A stretch of 64,000 nt of DNA from Curvularia clavata (GCA_023920165.1 CP089274.1:620001-684000); one strand, 5' to 3'; counted from the stretch's first letter, positions 49,418 through 63,644 are shown. The notes: a model not told the origin generated them from the sequence alone. Numbers and translations: made by a program.

Positions 49418-51151
49418 ATGCTTCGCGCGCCCGACTCCGCAACTCGAGACGACGTCTCCAAGTTGCGCTTTATTGTTGCGACCGGCTGTCTCGTCTGGTG
49501 GGTGATAGTATGGAGTGTTTGCGCCATTGGCTTCATCCAGCTGTTCCGATACTACTGGAAGAAACCACAGCCAGCAACATGTGTAACGACACTGGATGAG
49601 CAACAAGTACCCCATGTTACCGTCATAAGGCCAGTAAAAGGCCTCGATCCGCGCCTCTACGAATGCCTCGCCGCAACCCTTCGCCAGACGTATCCCAGGA
49701 ACAAACTAAACACGGTGTTCTGTGTGCCCGAACGATCCGATCCTGCTTTCCCAATTCTAGAGCGCCTATGCAAAGACTTCCCCGATGCCGATACACAGAT
49801 CCTGGTCGAAGAGGAGGACCCGCTGCTGTTGAAGAACAATAATGCATTGGGACCCAACCCGAAGATCAGGAACATGAGTCGCGCGTATAGGGAGGCCAGG
49901 GGTGATATCGTATGGATACTGGATTGCAATGTCTGGGTTGGCAAAGGCGTCTGTGGTCGATTGGTGGATCTCCTATGCGGCTTTGGCGAGGGTAGTAACG
50001 GAAAGAGCAAGACGAAGTACAAATTCGTGCATCAGACCCCGCTCACGGTAGACCTCGACTCGCAGGATCTCTCGCTCAAGGACAGAAAAGAACTCCTTGG
50101 AGGAAAACCAAGCGCTACAGCAGCATCAACGAGCATTGCAGCAAGCACTTCGTCCGGTTCTCCCAACCATTCCAATAGTACCATTAAGAAACTCCTCCAG
50201 CGTGGTGGAGGCCGTCTGGACGAGGCATTCATGTCATCCGCGCATGCAAAATTCTACCAGGCCATCAACACGGTTGCTGTAGCCCCTTGCATTATGGGCA
50301 AGAGCACCATGTTCCGCCGATCACAGCTCAACTACGTCACCTCCTCGAACCCAGAACGCGCTGCTGGCATCGACTTCTTCTCCGACAATATCTGCGAAGA
50401 CCATCTCATTGGCGATGCGCTATGGAAACAACCTCAGGCCTTTGAAAAACCAGACTACAAACCGGAGCCAGGAGCGAAGAAGGAAACCTGGGGCAAGCAC
50501 GCAATGTTATTTGGTGATTTCTGTTTCCAGCCCATTAGCCACACATCCGTCATGGCCTACCTACAGCGCCGAATCCGCTGGCTGCGTGTCCGCAAGTTCA
50601 CCGTGACACTGGCAACCTTTGTCGAGCCAGGAACCGAAAGTATCCTCTGCGGCTTATACGGTGCCTACGCCCTCACTACGCTCCCCTTCTTCAATAAACT
50701 CGGTATCAGTCCTACATGGACATCCTTCTTCCTCGTCTGGCTCCTCCACCTCGTTGCGTGGTGTCTAGTTGACTACATCCAATATTTGCTCCTTCACTCT
50801 GCCAAAACGGTCGAAATCGACGCTGACACACCTGACTTTGTCCTCCCACAACGCTCCGCCTCGGCATACCATCGTAGCAGCACCGATGACGCTTCTAAAC
50901 CGCTGCTCGCCAACAAGATAGCCGAAGAACCCAGCTTACTGGATGGTGCACGTAGAACATTCAAGGACTTCTTCTTTGCCTGGCTTGGTCGCGAGGTCTT
51001 TGCGCTTCCAGTGTGGATTACGGCGTTTTGGGGAGGTGTTACGGTCGAGTGGAGGGGGAGGAAATTTTGGGTTGGCTTGGACATGAAGGTGCATGAGATT
51101 CTGCCGGTGGAGACGAAGGATGCGGTGAAGGGAGGGGGAAAGAAGAAGTAA
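49418..51151 (+). CDS. Ceramide glucosyltransferase (GT21)
   Basis: N-terminal TM, IRPVKG, GPNPKIRNM, WILDCN, ICED and RRIRW. Confidence 0.9.
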   Translation: MLRAPDSATRDDVSKLRFIVATGCLVWWVIVWSVCAIGFIQLFRYYWKKPQPATCVTTLDEQQVPHVTVIRPVKGLDPRLYECLAATLRQTYPRNKLNTVFCVPERSDPAFPILERLCKDFPDADTQILVEEEDPLLLKNNNALGPNPKIRNMSRAYREARGDIVWILDCNVWVGKGVCGRLVDLLCGFGEGSNGKSKTKYKFVHQTPLTVDLDSQDLSLKDRKELLGGKPSATAASTSIAASTSSGSPNHSNSTIKKLLQRGGGRLDEAFMSSAHAKFYQAINTVAVAPCIMGKSTMFRRSQLNYVTSSNPERAAGIDFFSDNICEDHLIGDALWKQPQAFEKPDYKPEPGAKKETWGKHAMLFGDFCFQPISHTSVMAYLQRRIRWLRVRKFTVTLATFVEPGTESILCGLYGAYALTTLPFFNKLGISPTWTSFFLVWLLHLVAWCLVDYIQYLLLHSAKTVEIDADTPDFVLPQRSASAYHRSSTDDASKPLLANKIAEEPSLLDGARRTFKDFFFAWLGREVFALPVWITAFWGGVTVEWRGRKFWVGLDMKVHEILPVETKDAVKGGGKKK

Positions 51152-51811
51152 TCAGGGGTGTTTCTTTTCGATGAGAAGTAGTGATAACATTCGAGCGAGT
51201 TGAGTAATTTTACGATAGAGTTTTTTTTTTCTCCTTTTTTGACAGACAAGCGACCTTGTCATTCTACAGAAATTGATGATACCTGTTCCGATGCAGCACT
51301 ACAACGAGAAGAACAATCAAGGTTCACAAAGAGAGTTTATCCGAACAAAAGACCAAAAGCAATACACGCAGCCCAATCATTGACTGACAGTTGTTAATCA
51401 CTCATGACACGGCAGATAGAGCCAAAGGATAGCAGAGTCAAGATGGGCGAGTCCCCACTTCACAATGACATATATCCAATATACGTATGCAGTCACACCA
51501 CAAACTGTACCACCTACCTTGAACAGCGACATCAACACTTGCGTAGATTTTCACGCTCCTGCTGATCTCGAAGCTTGAAACGTTACACTCTAAAAGACAA
51601 GACCCCATCGTAGCATTTGAGAAGTAAACACCGCCATTTGCAGGACTTTAATATTCCATTCAAGTTGAAAGCCATAAGAAAAAAAAACGCCGCTGTACAT
51701 TCCATGTGTACGTTTTCCTCTGTCTACCAACCGCACCAATGTAAATATGGCTCGCTAAACGCCCAATAGTCCCAAGACGGTGGGAAGAAAAAAGAAAAAG
51801 AAAAAGAACAC

Positions 51812-54552
51812 CTAATTCGACTTCTCTCTATACAAGCCCGTAGGACCAGCCGTAAAAGCACCACTGAGAATACGCTTGAGCTGCTCTGGTCTTGACTCCT
51901 GCACCACACCCGCACCGCTCGCTGTACTTCTCCGACTGAGCATAGTTCCCGTACGCGTGATGCGCTCGCCGCTCATGCTGAATCCCATCTCGGGTGCGTT
52001 GCTGTTTCTCCGCGCTCTTCTCGTCGCGTCTTCGTTTTCTTTTTGGTGGAGGGTTTCTGAGGGGAGGAGGATAGCACGGTCAAGGGCGTAAGGTAGACCA
52101 CGGTGGCGGCCGCGGATCTGCATTGCGATGATGATGAGTTTGGAGAGGGGTTTGAATTGTGCCGAGAAGGAGGCGTTGGTGCCTGGGTAGCCCTGGCTGA
52201 GGCCGACGGTTCCGTACGCCGAGACGATTTCGAAGAGGACGGAGAAAAGGCTAAAGGCGTATTCGTTTGTGTTTTCGAGGCGTGCGCCTTCGATGATGGC
52301 GATGAGGAAGAAGCCAAGAAAGACGAACCACAAGTCGAATGAGAGTTGGCGGCGCAAATGATGGGAGAGATAACTGGACTTTGCGTCATCGAGTTCATCG
52401 GCCGCCCAGACGCCCAGCGACTTTTCTTCGTAAACGTTGGATTGGCGGATGGACATGGCAATGGGGAAGATGGAAATATACATCATAATGAGGTAGCTGA
52501 CCTGGACCGCAGGGTGCAGATCCGCAATGTTGACGACGGCGAAACCTGCAGTACGCGTCGAGGCGGCTTGGAACAGACCAGCCAAGAAGCGGTGGCCACC
52601 GCTAAGGGATGTGACAGTCGGGTCGTCGAGATCGAGGATGATGAAGAAGATCAAATCGACACCGTTGAGAATGATCAAGACCCAGAACAGCCACCAGTTT
52701 GCGTTACTCGGGAACAACAGCGTGAAACATCGACGTGGGTGGTCGAGCAGGAAACGAAGTTCCTCCCACACACTGCTGCCCTTGGGCACCAACTTGGAGT
52801 AGATCCAGATTGTGAAACGGAGCATACAAGGAAAACCCGTGTTGCCAATGATGATGAGAAAGGTGCCGATCAGTAGAGGCCACACGGTAAGTTGGAAGGA
52901 AACCATGGAATCTGGAGTCAGCGTAAACCCTAGGTCGTTGAACAAGGACGCTGAAGTGAAGAAGCCCCACCAGGTAGGGTGGACACCAACTGCCTCGACA
53001 ATTTCACTGTAGTGTCGACTATGCGTAATCCAGGGCACCAGAGAAATGACACCAATGATGTGCCAGCCAAGGTAGAAGACGGTAAGGATAACAGCCAGCA
53101 ACTTCAAAGCTCGGTACTCAATACCACCCAGCTCCTCTCTCTGCTCTTCTGTCAAATCGACAAAGTTGGAATTTCGTCCGAGAGTGGGTGTCCAGCTCAG
53201 ATATGGTACAGGGTCCTCGTCCTCGTCCTTGTTCTTACTAAGGAAGCTTGTAAGAGTCCTTGAGCGTGATCTGTTGCGAAGATGCATCGAATTCGAAGGA
53301 CCAGAATCATTATCGTTTGTTCTTGTCCGATCGTAGACGGAATGTTTGCGGTGCTGCCTGTCTGGGACGTCAATGGTGATGTGATTCTTGAAAGGCCGGT
53401 CGTCTCCATTCAAAGCAAAAGGCAGCGAGTTGGACCGTTTGTGTCTCCTTGTGGAATTAGCACCGGAATCCTGCGACATGCGACTCGCAACCCTTTCGAG
53501 ATCTTCTTCTGCTTTGATTGCTTCTGGAGTGCGACCCTGGTCAAAATCGCGTGGACCTGGAATGCGCAGCTTGTTCCGTGCCGTAGGGTTCCGCTGAGCC
53601 TCAACAAATGCAATGCTTCTTTCCTTGTTGCTCTGAGGAAGACGGCTACCGGGCGAATTCTCTACTGAATCCCTGTTTGATTTCTGGTTTGCAGGTGTGC
53701 TGAGATTGTCTGCCCATACGATGCCGCCCGTTGGCGCGTTTTGTACCGGAGTCTCTGGCCGAACAAATGGCGGCATCTCGTCTTCACTGGAACTAGATCG
53801 CCTGGGACGGATGCCATTGCCAGTGTAGTCCAGTCCGTCGCTAAAAGCGTACTCATTCTCGATCGTACCACCCTGCGCGTGCCCATTGGACTCCCTCATG
53901 ACACGGATCTCGCGTGTACCGACCGCCTGCTCTTCCCGGGCAACATCTCGCTCACTATTTTTCTTCGTATCGCTCTTAGCCCTGGACAAAGTTCGGGTCC
54001 GACCACTCCTGCTCCCCCTTTCAAGTACGATATTCTGGAAGCGCTTTTCGAACCAATAGAGGCGGACAACGACAACGGAGCTGTGGATAAAGATTGGGGT
54101 GCACAGGCACGTCATCAGGTACATGGTAATCTATATTTTGTCAGAAGGATATTCCTGGATAGTGATCTTCATGCTCCTACCTGCTGATACAAATCCAGAT
54201 TATTGATGTCAATCCTAGGCAATGTGTCAGCTGCCAATTACCAAAGGACAAAGGACTCTACACACGTGTTGAGACCACTTTGCGTTGCCGAGCCGCTGGC
54301 AAAAAAGAGGGCATCAATGTATGGAATGCGACCATTGCCGTACAAGATGACGGACCCAATAAGCGTCCAACCGATAATGTATGAATCTGAGCAATTGTGA
54401 GCACACCCGTGTCGACCAAATCTGATTCCATTCTTTCATCTGGAATGCGTACAGTGCAGCGTTATGAAGTTGGCGTGTGGAACGAGCGCCTTGAGCGACG
54501 AAGGCGTGCGCTGCTTGAGCCATGCGAACAAGGTCAACCAGGGGCCGAACAT
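51812..54552 (-). CDS. TRK1: Trk-family potassium transporter
   Basis: ELGGIEYRAL, FNDLGFTL, GNTGFP, STRTAGF and FEIVSAYGTVGLS. Short 5' exons (NFITLHY, ATQSGLNT); the start at 54552 is inferred. Confidence 0.88.
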
Positions 54553-55897
54553 GGTTGCCACGGATGCGCCTCGGCGGCGCGAAAGCGAAGCAAGAAAGGC
54601 GAGGAAAGTCTAAATGGCCCGAGATGTTGGAGTTGGGATCGTCACAGTCGTAAAAGGTTAAAGAAAAAGTATGGGCGGGTGTGTTCTAGAAGGGAAATTG
54701 GTTGCGACGGAGAGAGCTGAATCGGAATCGAGGGTTAATCAGCGCGCGCGCGGACTGGCAAGACGTCAACGGACCGACCCGGTAGCGTGTCGCAAGAAAG
54801 GTCCTTTAGGATGCATGGCCAAAGGAAGAGTGGGTAGGTGCATAGTCCAAAAGGGGGAGAGGGGGGTGGGGAGAGGTAGTAAAACAAACGGGTCCAGAGA
54901 ATATCACGACCTGGTTTCCCGGCTTATCGCGGTGCGCGGCGGCGATGATGCCAAGATGCATCGAGGGCCGCACGACCAGCGCCCAGGCCCTGGGGTATCG
55001 CGCCCCGGAGGTTTAAGTCGCACCCCTGCAATATGCATGCAACATGCAACACTCATATCTCGTACTACATACATACACGGGCTTCGAATGAATCATACGC
55101 ATTGCCAATGGCCCGGACGCGCACCGTCGAATAATATGTACGCTTTCTTCTCTGCCCCAGACTCCGCTTGTCGCCTGCCGGTCCCTGCCTAACCCGTCTG
55201 GAACCACAATGCAGTAGTATGCATCTCGACTGTATAACACCATTTACCCTGTGGAGAAGAAAATATCGCATGTGCCCATCAGGCAGTCGTGGTATTTTCC
55301 TTCATTGTCGAAGAAGCCGCCCTCACCGCCGTCGTCTGACATCAACGTCATGCCGGCAGTAGTCCATTTCCAACTGCCAATAAGTATAACATAACATCAT
55401 CATGTCAAAACAGCGACCCTCCGTGCCGCGCCCCGGTTCCCAGGTCCTCTGCAAATACCGCAATCTGCAGGGAAACATGTAGAATACGTCTTGTGCCCTG
55501 AAACAAGCGCAATGACGTCTTATAACGGCACTCCCCTGCCTATGCTCCCCGGAGTACACTCCTCCTCTCTCAGCCGAACCTGCCCAGCAACGTAGTGTCA
55601 GCTCTCCAGCACCCATTCTGTACGGAGTACTCTTCAAACCAGAAAACCAAAGCAACCATCTGGTCGCCCAAGAAGAAGCTATTCATAGAGCAACACATTC
55701 ATATCAACTCTAAAAATTGCAGGTATAGACTAGGGCTGTGCGTTGATGGATTAAGTTTAATCCTCTTTTTGACATGTATGTATACATGGTAGTACCTACT
55801 AGTTGGTTTTGTATACCTACCACCAGCTTGCTATCCGCATCATGCAAGCCAGCATCCTTTTTTGAAACTCCTGCTCCCGCCGCCCACCCTGCCTGCA

Positions 55898-55940
55898 CCA
55901 CATCACATCACATCACATCTCCTCTCCTCTCCTCTCCTCT
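55898..55940. repeat. Adjacent (CATCA)n and (TCCTC)n pentamer microsatellites
   Basis: cacatcacatcacatcacatc followed by tcctctcctctcctctcctct. Confidence 0.65.
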
Positions 55941-56837
55941 TCCCTGCTGCGCCACACTTCCGAGTACACATCCGCGGTCCCTGCGTTCCTCGCACGTACC
56001 TACGTACACAGCCTCATTCCTCGGCACCAGCGCCATCCGCGATCCGAGACCAAATCTACTTGGACAAACGGGGGAATGACGAAAGCATCGTAAACCGGAG
56101 CCGCGGGCAACCCTTTGACTTGCCGCGGTTTCTTGTTCGTATCTGTGCCGGTCTGTTCCGCAGCGCTGGCATTACTGACCGCTTCTCTGTAGAATGAGGA
56201 AGCAAGGGGGTGGAAGGGGGTTAAGAAGTTTTAGTATGAGTGATTTGCACATGTAAAAAAAAGCCTACTTACTACCTACTACACACATGCATAAGGGATC
56301 TTGGCATCATCTTGGCTACATATACACTTACAAGCGTATGCGCCAATCAGCGCGGACTCCATGGCATTGCAACGATTCTCTTCACTTTGGTTCTGCCACA
56401 CTGCCACACTGCCACGTATTCGCGCTCTTGACCCAGGAAGCCTAGTCCGGGACGCCGCGGAAAGTAAAAGTGTAGCTATGGTGTTCGGACCGGTAACAAC
56501 GACACAGCAAAAAAACAAAAAACAAAGCAACAATTCAGGTTGAGAAAATAATCGGATGGATTCCTTTCCTCTCCTTTCTCTCACATGCTTTGATAAAATA
56601 CAAGTTCCCTTATCTCCATCCCCCCCCCTCTCTCTCTCTCGGTTCCACTATCAAAATAACTTTCTTCTTTTTCCCTTATTCTCTCCTCTGTCCCCGCTAG
56701 TCTTTCATGCAAATTCCTTCTCGTTATATAAAAAAAAAAGCTCGAGACATTTCGACGATGAACAACGACGAACACATTAATCCCAATTTCCTTTCTTTCA
56801 TTCATCCCCCCTTGCAACAAAATTCAAATGGCACAAC

Positions 56838-59187
56838 TTAATCCGTTCCATTAACCGCCGTCGACAACGTCGGCGTATTCGCACCAGAGTCCGGCTTACT
56901 CTTTGTCTTGAGGGTAAGCGGGAACGTGAAATCGTCTGCCTCTTCTTCTTCCCTATACGCTTGTTAGCAAAATCCATTCGTCCATGGCCTAATATAGAAT
57001 CACTTACGGCAGCTTCCATGCAATGTAATCCTCGGTGCTCAGTCCCTCGCGGCCCTCCTGCAACGAGGCAAAGTCTCCGGGCGTCATCATACCAGATCGA
57101 TCACGCGGAGAGCCAGGTTCAGACAAGGGCCGTGAGATCTTGACGTCTTGCGAGTTGAAAAAGTCTGGTTCCTCGTCGCCCTCGTAGGCGGCAGGATAGG
57201 CGCGTCGGAGCGCCAGTTGACGGGCTTTTACGTATTCCAAGCCCATGCGCTTCCAGTCGAGCAGGTCGCTGAGGCGCTCTGTTCGATTCCGCTGGTTGAT
57301 GCGCTGGCGCTTGCTCTTCTTTGTAAAGTCAAACATGTAATCGACGAGCTGGTTTACCGATTCGTCGACGCCCTTCATTCTGCGGTCGACAATGTAGATG
57401 CCGTAGTCTTGGGCGTTTTCAATCAGCTCCTCCATGTAGCAGCCGAAACCAGACAGGTTTGTTGTGATGCTGGGAACACCCATGACGGTGCACTCGGCCG
57501 GAGTGTAGCCCCAGGGCTCGTAGTAAGACGAGAAGACACCGAGATGGGTTCCGCGGACAAAGTCGTCGTAGTCCATGGGCAGGACAGGGTTGGACGAGTT
57601 CAAGAACTCTGGGTGGAAAACAACCTTGACGCGGTCTGATGGGTGGTTGAAGAGCTGGCAGCGACGCAGTTGGTTCAGCACAGGATCCTCAGCGTCATTG
57701 ACCATGTTGTGTGTTACAATAGGTGGAAGGTTGTGGCGCTTCATGGCGAACAGTCTCCGGCGGAGCAAAATCTTGTCAGCGGGTGTGATCAAGTCCTTGT
57801 CCTCGGGCAGTTCCTGGCCCTCTGTCCAAGTCAGGGAGCGCTCAAATAGCCTCTTGGCCACGTTCTCAGCAATGTTGTTGACACTGTCGTGGAGCGCTTT
57901 GATGACTGCCTGTCCCTTGAGCGAGTCGACCGAAAGCGATGTGGTCTGCGCAGGCAGAATAATAAAAGCAACCACAGTCATGTTAGAGTTCTCACTCTTC
58001 ATCTTGTGGTTCAATCGCGCCAGTGACTCGATGAACATGTCCACACCCTTATTCCTGTACTCGTAGCGACCAGCCGTGAAGAAGTAGAGAGTGTTTTCAG
58101 GATCAAAGTCGTTGTGTCCATAAAAGTGTCCACGGACAAAGTCGTTAATCTTGACCTTGGCCTGCTGGTGCAAGTTCTGGAACTCGTGAGTCGCAGAAAA
58201 CTTCTTGACATTGAGACCGTTGGGCAGCACGCCGTCGGGCTTTCGCTTCAGGAGATGCTCGCTCTCGTAGGCGGTGATGTGTGACACAGTTGTGAAGACA
58301 TCGGCTGAGTGCGTAGCCGCCCGCTCGATACAGTACCGGTGGTAAATACCGCGCTTTCCTGCCTCGGCATCTACGTCAAAGTATTGAAGGTTGTTGTAAA
58401 AGTCAACCGAGCCGGCGCAGAGGTAGCGACCAAGAAGTGTAGCGTGCGTGGTGAAGATGGTAGTAACATCGATGCGGCGCTTCTTGCAGAGCGGCACTGC
58501 AACACCTGCCAGCCACTCGTGGAACTGGACAATGACGGCTCGCTGCTTCTCGTGGTAGACATACTGAAGGAAGCGGTCAGCGCATGCAACAAGATTAGAC
58601 GCTTCTTTCGCCTCTTACCTCACCCAAGAACCATGCAATGAGGTAGCCAAAGACGATGGCCTCGTTGGTCTCCGAGTCGCCAGGAGGCGAAGGAATACCC
58701 GTAGAGGACCAGAGATCACCCTTCCACTCGTCGAGCCACCTGTAACCAGTACCAGTGTCGAAGAGCAGGACGCGCGGGGCACCGTCAATCAGCCATCGTC
58801 CGTATAGCGTCTTGATGCCCCGCTCGTCCATGGACTTGATGGTGGCCAGCAGAGCAGGATCTTTTGGGACAATGGGCTCTACTTCAACAGCCGCCTGTGT
58901 GAACTTGTGAGCATGGACAGTTGTCACAACGAGTGGGTGTGGCGCTTACCGAAGCCCTGTTCCATGGGCCCAAAAGGGTATATGCAGCGCCATATTCTGC
59001 GGTTGTAACTTGAGCTTTTGATTTGAGGACCGAGTAGATACCGCCGACTGGAGCGTGTTAGTTCTTTTGCGTCATGGGAGAGATCAGCTGAGAGGAAGAG
59101 GGGGAGGCGAGCTATACCTCTGTTTGCGACTTCGGTCGCAACCTCGAACAGAACGTGGTTCTGCACGTCTCGCACGCCCGAGGCCAT
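56838..59187 (-). CDS. GSY1: Glycogen synthase (GT3)
   Basis: [35 protein letters not shown] and [13 protein letters not shown]. Multi-exon; the last exon ends ...NGTD* at 56838. Confidence 0.95.
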
Positions 59188-60730
59188 TGTGTGTGTGGTG
59201 GAGTCAGGTGAGAAGTATGAGAGAGGGCGCAATGGCAGGCAGGGTCAGAGAGAGGGATTGTTTAAGAAAAAGAGAAGAGGAAGGAGAAGGCGGAACAGGG
59301 TTGATGGAGCTTGAGCTCGGTGCTTGGTTAGACTGGCTGCGGGCTGGGGGCGCTAGAGGAGCGGGTGAGCTACGAAGTAGGTATTGGTCGGCAGCAAGAT
59401 GTGGAGGTGTAGCCGCAGGAAGCAATTCGGATTTTGTCGGGCTCAAGCCAAATCAGCAGGGGAAAAAAGTGGTCGAGGCGAAGATGGTAGCTAGTAGGTA
59501 ATGATGGGCGCCGTAGGCCCAAGCAAACAAGCAAGATGTGCAGGACAAATTGATTGCTGGGCCGCGTATTGTTTTGGAGAGCTCGAGCGGAGCTTGGCCC
59601 CGACCCGACAGACGTGGGGAGGTTGGGATGCTTGGAGTGCTCGAGTCAGCGCTTCCCCCAGGCGACCGTTCGCTTGATGCGAGTGACGTCGTTGGCTCTC
59701 TCTCTTTTGATCCTCTCGCCCTTGCGCCTCGGTCGTCGTGACGCTGGAGCTGGAGCTTGTCCTCACCATGACGCCGCCGCCAAAAAAAGCCCTGCGGCAA
59801 AAGATAGACGCACGTAGCGATGTCGCCTTGCCGTCTCCCCCAGTCTCGTTCCCCCCCACGGCCGGGGCCCAACATTTGCAAGGCTGGAGCGCGACCGGCG
59901 AGTGTGCGCACGAGTCAACAACTCAACAGTTTGTCTAGGAAATGAGAAGAAGCGGAGCATCGCCCGATTCCGTCGTCGTTCGTCGATGCGCGCTTAATGC
60001 TGACTGCGAGTATTGTCGCCTCGACTCTCGCACGCCGTGAGACAGCAGCATAAACGTCGCAGAAGCGTCAGGCTGGCGCGCATACTCGTCATGTGCTGGC
60101 GGGCCGGTACCGTGGCCGCTGGCTGCAGCAACTTTCGTCATCTCGCCGACGACTGTGGGGTTCCCGCGGGTCTGGGGGCGAAGCTGCCAGCACGCCAAAA
60201 TCAGTGGGGCCCGTTTCGGCGGAGGCGGAGATGGAGACAGCACGGAGGAGAGCACGTGACGCTGCCAACAATAGTTCCATCTCATCTCATCTCATCGGAG
60301 ACACCATCGGACAATCACAACACCATGCACTGCTCCTGTCTCTGCATACAACCGACTCTTATCAGGCCCGTATTACGTGTCCGAGTCTTCCGACCGCCGC
60401 GTCTAGACCCCCGCCAATCGCCATATCAATTTAAATGCTTTTCATTATAAACTCGTTGGCTCGGTCGTTACTAACATTCGCTTCTAACCTCACCCACCCC
60501 CACCGCCACGCCTCAGCATCTACGCCACCTCCAAAAGCCAAGCCTTCCTAGTTAGGCATTGTTGAGAAGACGAACGTCCCAAGGGAAAGAAAGAGTTAAA
60601 AAAAATTATGCAGGGATATCAGGCTAAAATCACAAACGAAAAAAAAATAGAAGGCGCGCCACATGCCTTTTGGGTAAGGGTTCCGCCTGCAAACCAGAGT
60701 TATCTTGCCTCCATTCCCAACGGCCGCTAC

Positions 60731-63644
60731 CTACTTGCCACTGCGGTCGATAATCGGTGGTGCCGCAGGTAATGCGCCCAGCAAGCTGCCTTGGGCAAAC
60801 TCACTGTTCAACGACAGGTTGACCATTGGACCCTTGGCTTTGCTGCCGTCCATGACACCTCTGCCGATGACGTCCCTGCCTTGCGAGTAGCCGGCCTGAG
60901 AGAGCAAACCACCACCCGTGAACGCCTTGCTAGCATCCTCGGGCGCAGCACCATGGACGTTGTGCGTATACGCAGCCAGAGGCTCGCCACGACCCTTGAG
61001 CGACCGTGTTCGCTCGTGTCCGCCAGCGCCATACGTTCCATGCGCGCGTGATGTGCCCGGCCTACCGGCTCGCCAATCCGTCGACGAAGGTACCTTGATT
61101 GCCTCCTCTATCGACGTTGCGCTCTCGACGAGCGGCCCTGACCCTGCGCCTGGATTGTAGCCTTTGCCCTTGTTGAGATGCTGCGGCGGTGGTCGGTACT
61201 GCGGTGTGAGATCAATCAAGGGTTCAGGCATCCCTGGCACTCGCTTCGAAGCACTTCTCTGCAGATCGCTCGATACCCGGCGGTGGTGGTTGCTGCGAGT
61301 CGAAGCGCTACGCTTGATGTTGTTTTCGGGCGCAGGCTGACCAAGGCGGCCCATGTTGCTCAGCAGTGACGGACCCTCTGTGAATGGGCCGCTCTGCTGC
61401 TCGCGAGCCTGCACTGCAGCCTGACGTTCGGCGTAGCCCCGGCCTAGAAGGCCACCAGAAGTAAACGCTTCTTCCTCTTTTCCATCAAAGCTGCGTCGTG
61501 CAGATACTTGCCGAGACGCAGGCTGCGAGGCGCTCGGCTTGTTGACTGCGTTCTTGACCAACCCTGCTGGAGATGTTTGCTTCGTCCGCGTCGACTTCAT
61601 CCTCGTTGGCATGGCTCTGCTATCAAGCTTTGACAAAGGCTTGTCATCCGGGAACTCGCCTGGCCTGTGGACCTCAATCTCGTCTAGCTTCTTGTTGAAA
61701 CTGTCCATGTCCAACAATGATGAGAAAGCACCGAGCTGGTAGTGGGATCCTACAGACTCGCCCCGCGAATGTGCCGATGTCTGCGCTGCTTCGGCATTGC
61801 CAGCCGCACTACGCTGTACCGGCGTCTTCTTCTTCAGACCCTCGCCCTTTTGGTACTTGAGATACCAGCTCCGCCACGACTGCAGAGCCTTGTAGAACAG
61901 GTTTGCCGTGTTGCGGTCATTGGTGCAGAAGAAATGCACATACTGCGACTCGTCTGCAAAAATGTTCGACTTTTGCATGCTCTTGACGGCATAGCAGATC
62001 TTCTTTGGTGGCTTTACCCTAGCTAGCTTCTGCTGTGTGACACTGTAAATGTCGTAGTCTGTCAGAGTGCAAATGTTCTCGAGGTCCTTTTCTTTGGTCT
62101 TCTCGTTCTTGGCCATGACCAGCTGGCCATCAGGGCGCAGCGTCAGGAGGCGCTTGCTCCACTTGCCGGGCCTGGACGAGTACTGAATGAAGCAGGACAT
62201 GCCTTCGGGCCTCGTCTCTGGCACTTTGTAGGCAAGCAAATCATCTTGGTCAATGCCATCCACGTCCGAGTCGATGATGGTGAGCTCGTTTTGGTTGTCA
62301 TGGTCCCACGAGTTCATCACGTCTCGCACATATTCGTAGTTACGAAGGGGCCGCGTGATGCTAACTTTGGCGAAGTACTCGGAAATGACTGCTGTGCGGA
62401 TGTCAATGGGGTCAGTTAGCACAGTCGCGGCAGACTTGATGAGGTCCAAAGGTGTCGTAGTGGGCGTCACTGGTAGCAATATGCGTTTCTTGTTGCATAC
62501 AATTGTAACGCGCTGGTGTCTGTTAGCCTGATTAATTGCAACAAGAAACCAACCAACGTACCCTGTCGCCAGCATTCACGGCTGATGTTGGCGCATCAAT
62601 GCCCAAGACTACACCGCCTCCGCCCGGCCGGATAGTCTCGTCCTCGTGGCTACCAAAATTGAGGCTGAGCTGCGGCGGAGCAGAGTGCTGCGCGGGAGCG
62701 TCTAAGCCCAGAGCGTCGTCCTTTCTCCTCTTAAACATGCCGAACCCGACCTCCTGCTGTCGCGGAGGCGAAACCGAAGGGGGTGACGAAGGTAGTTTTT
62801 GTGAGCGTTCCTCGAGCTTTGCCAGTGCGGCCTGACGCTGACGCTCTTCCTGTCTTGCCTTTCGGCTCTCATCCTCTCTGGTTTGCGACGTCTTTCGGGA
62901 CTCAGCCTTCTGCAGTCGTTTTCCACGCTCCTGTTCTGCGTTTTTCGCGGCTCTTTGCCGGCGCAGCGCCTCGGCCTCTTCAAACTCCTTTTGCTGCTGC
63001 TGTAGGCGTGCGGCTTCCTCTGCTTCCTTGCGCAACTTCTCGGCCCTGTCCAATTCCGCCTGTTGAGCCTGCCTCCTTGCGCGTGCCTCTGCGTCGTACT
63101 TTTCCTTCATCTGGCGCTGGCGCTCCTTCTCCTTCCATAGAATCTCCCTAGCACTGTCATCTCCGCTAAGGGATTGTTGTCTGTGCGCATCGTGTGCAGG
63201 CGGTGACGCTTCTGGTCGAGTTCTACCAGTCCGCGGGCGGCGCTGGGCAGTATTGGCGGCATGCAGCCTCTGTGGCGGGGAATTTGGACCATCGTTGGAA
63301 GAAGTAGAAGGCGGCGACTGCGAATATAGAGGCGGCGGGGCGTCAAAAGTTGTGTTGGAGCGTGGAACAGGGGGTTGTGGGCTGGTCACGTGTGACGTCG
63401 GTGGCCGGCGATGGTAGCGGCTCATACTCCTGCTGAGGGGAGCGTCGTTTTGAGGCTGGGAGTCTGGTACGGGGGGCACGGCAGGCATAGCAGGCATTGC
63501 AGGTATGGCCTGTGGAGATTGTTCGTGGTGCGCATATTGTCCTGGAAGGCTGGTGTGTTGCTCCTGGGCACGGCGTACGCTCCTATAGCGAGACATCTTT
63601 TGCGCAGACGCCGCCGCTGGCGAGGTCATTGCTTCGGTCGCCAT
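60731..63644 (-). CDS. Conserved hypothetical protein: Pro-rich region, coiled coil, ubiquitin/RA-like domain, PH-like domain
   Basis: Two ORFs joined by intron 62561..62513 (NAGDR|RVTIV). RPLRNYE.VRDVMNSW and WSKRLLTLRPDGQL...YVHFFCT...W. Confidence 0.75.

Noticed and set aside
54600..56800. ORFs and low-complexity tracts in the long TRK upstream region
   Set aside because: No coding signal; consistent with promoter, UTR and simple-repeat sequence.
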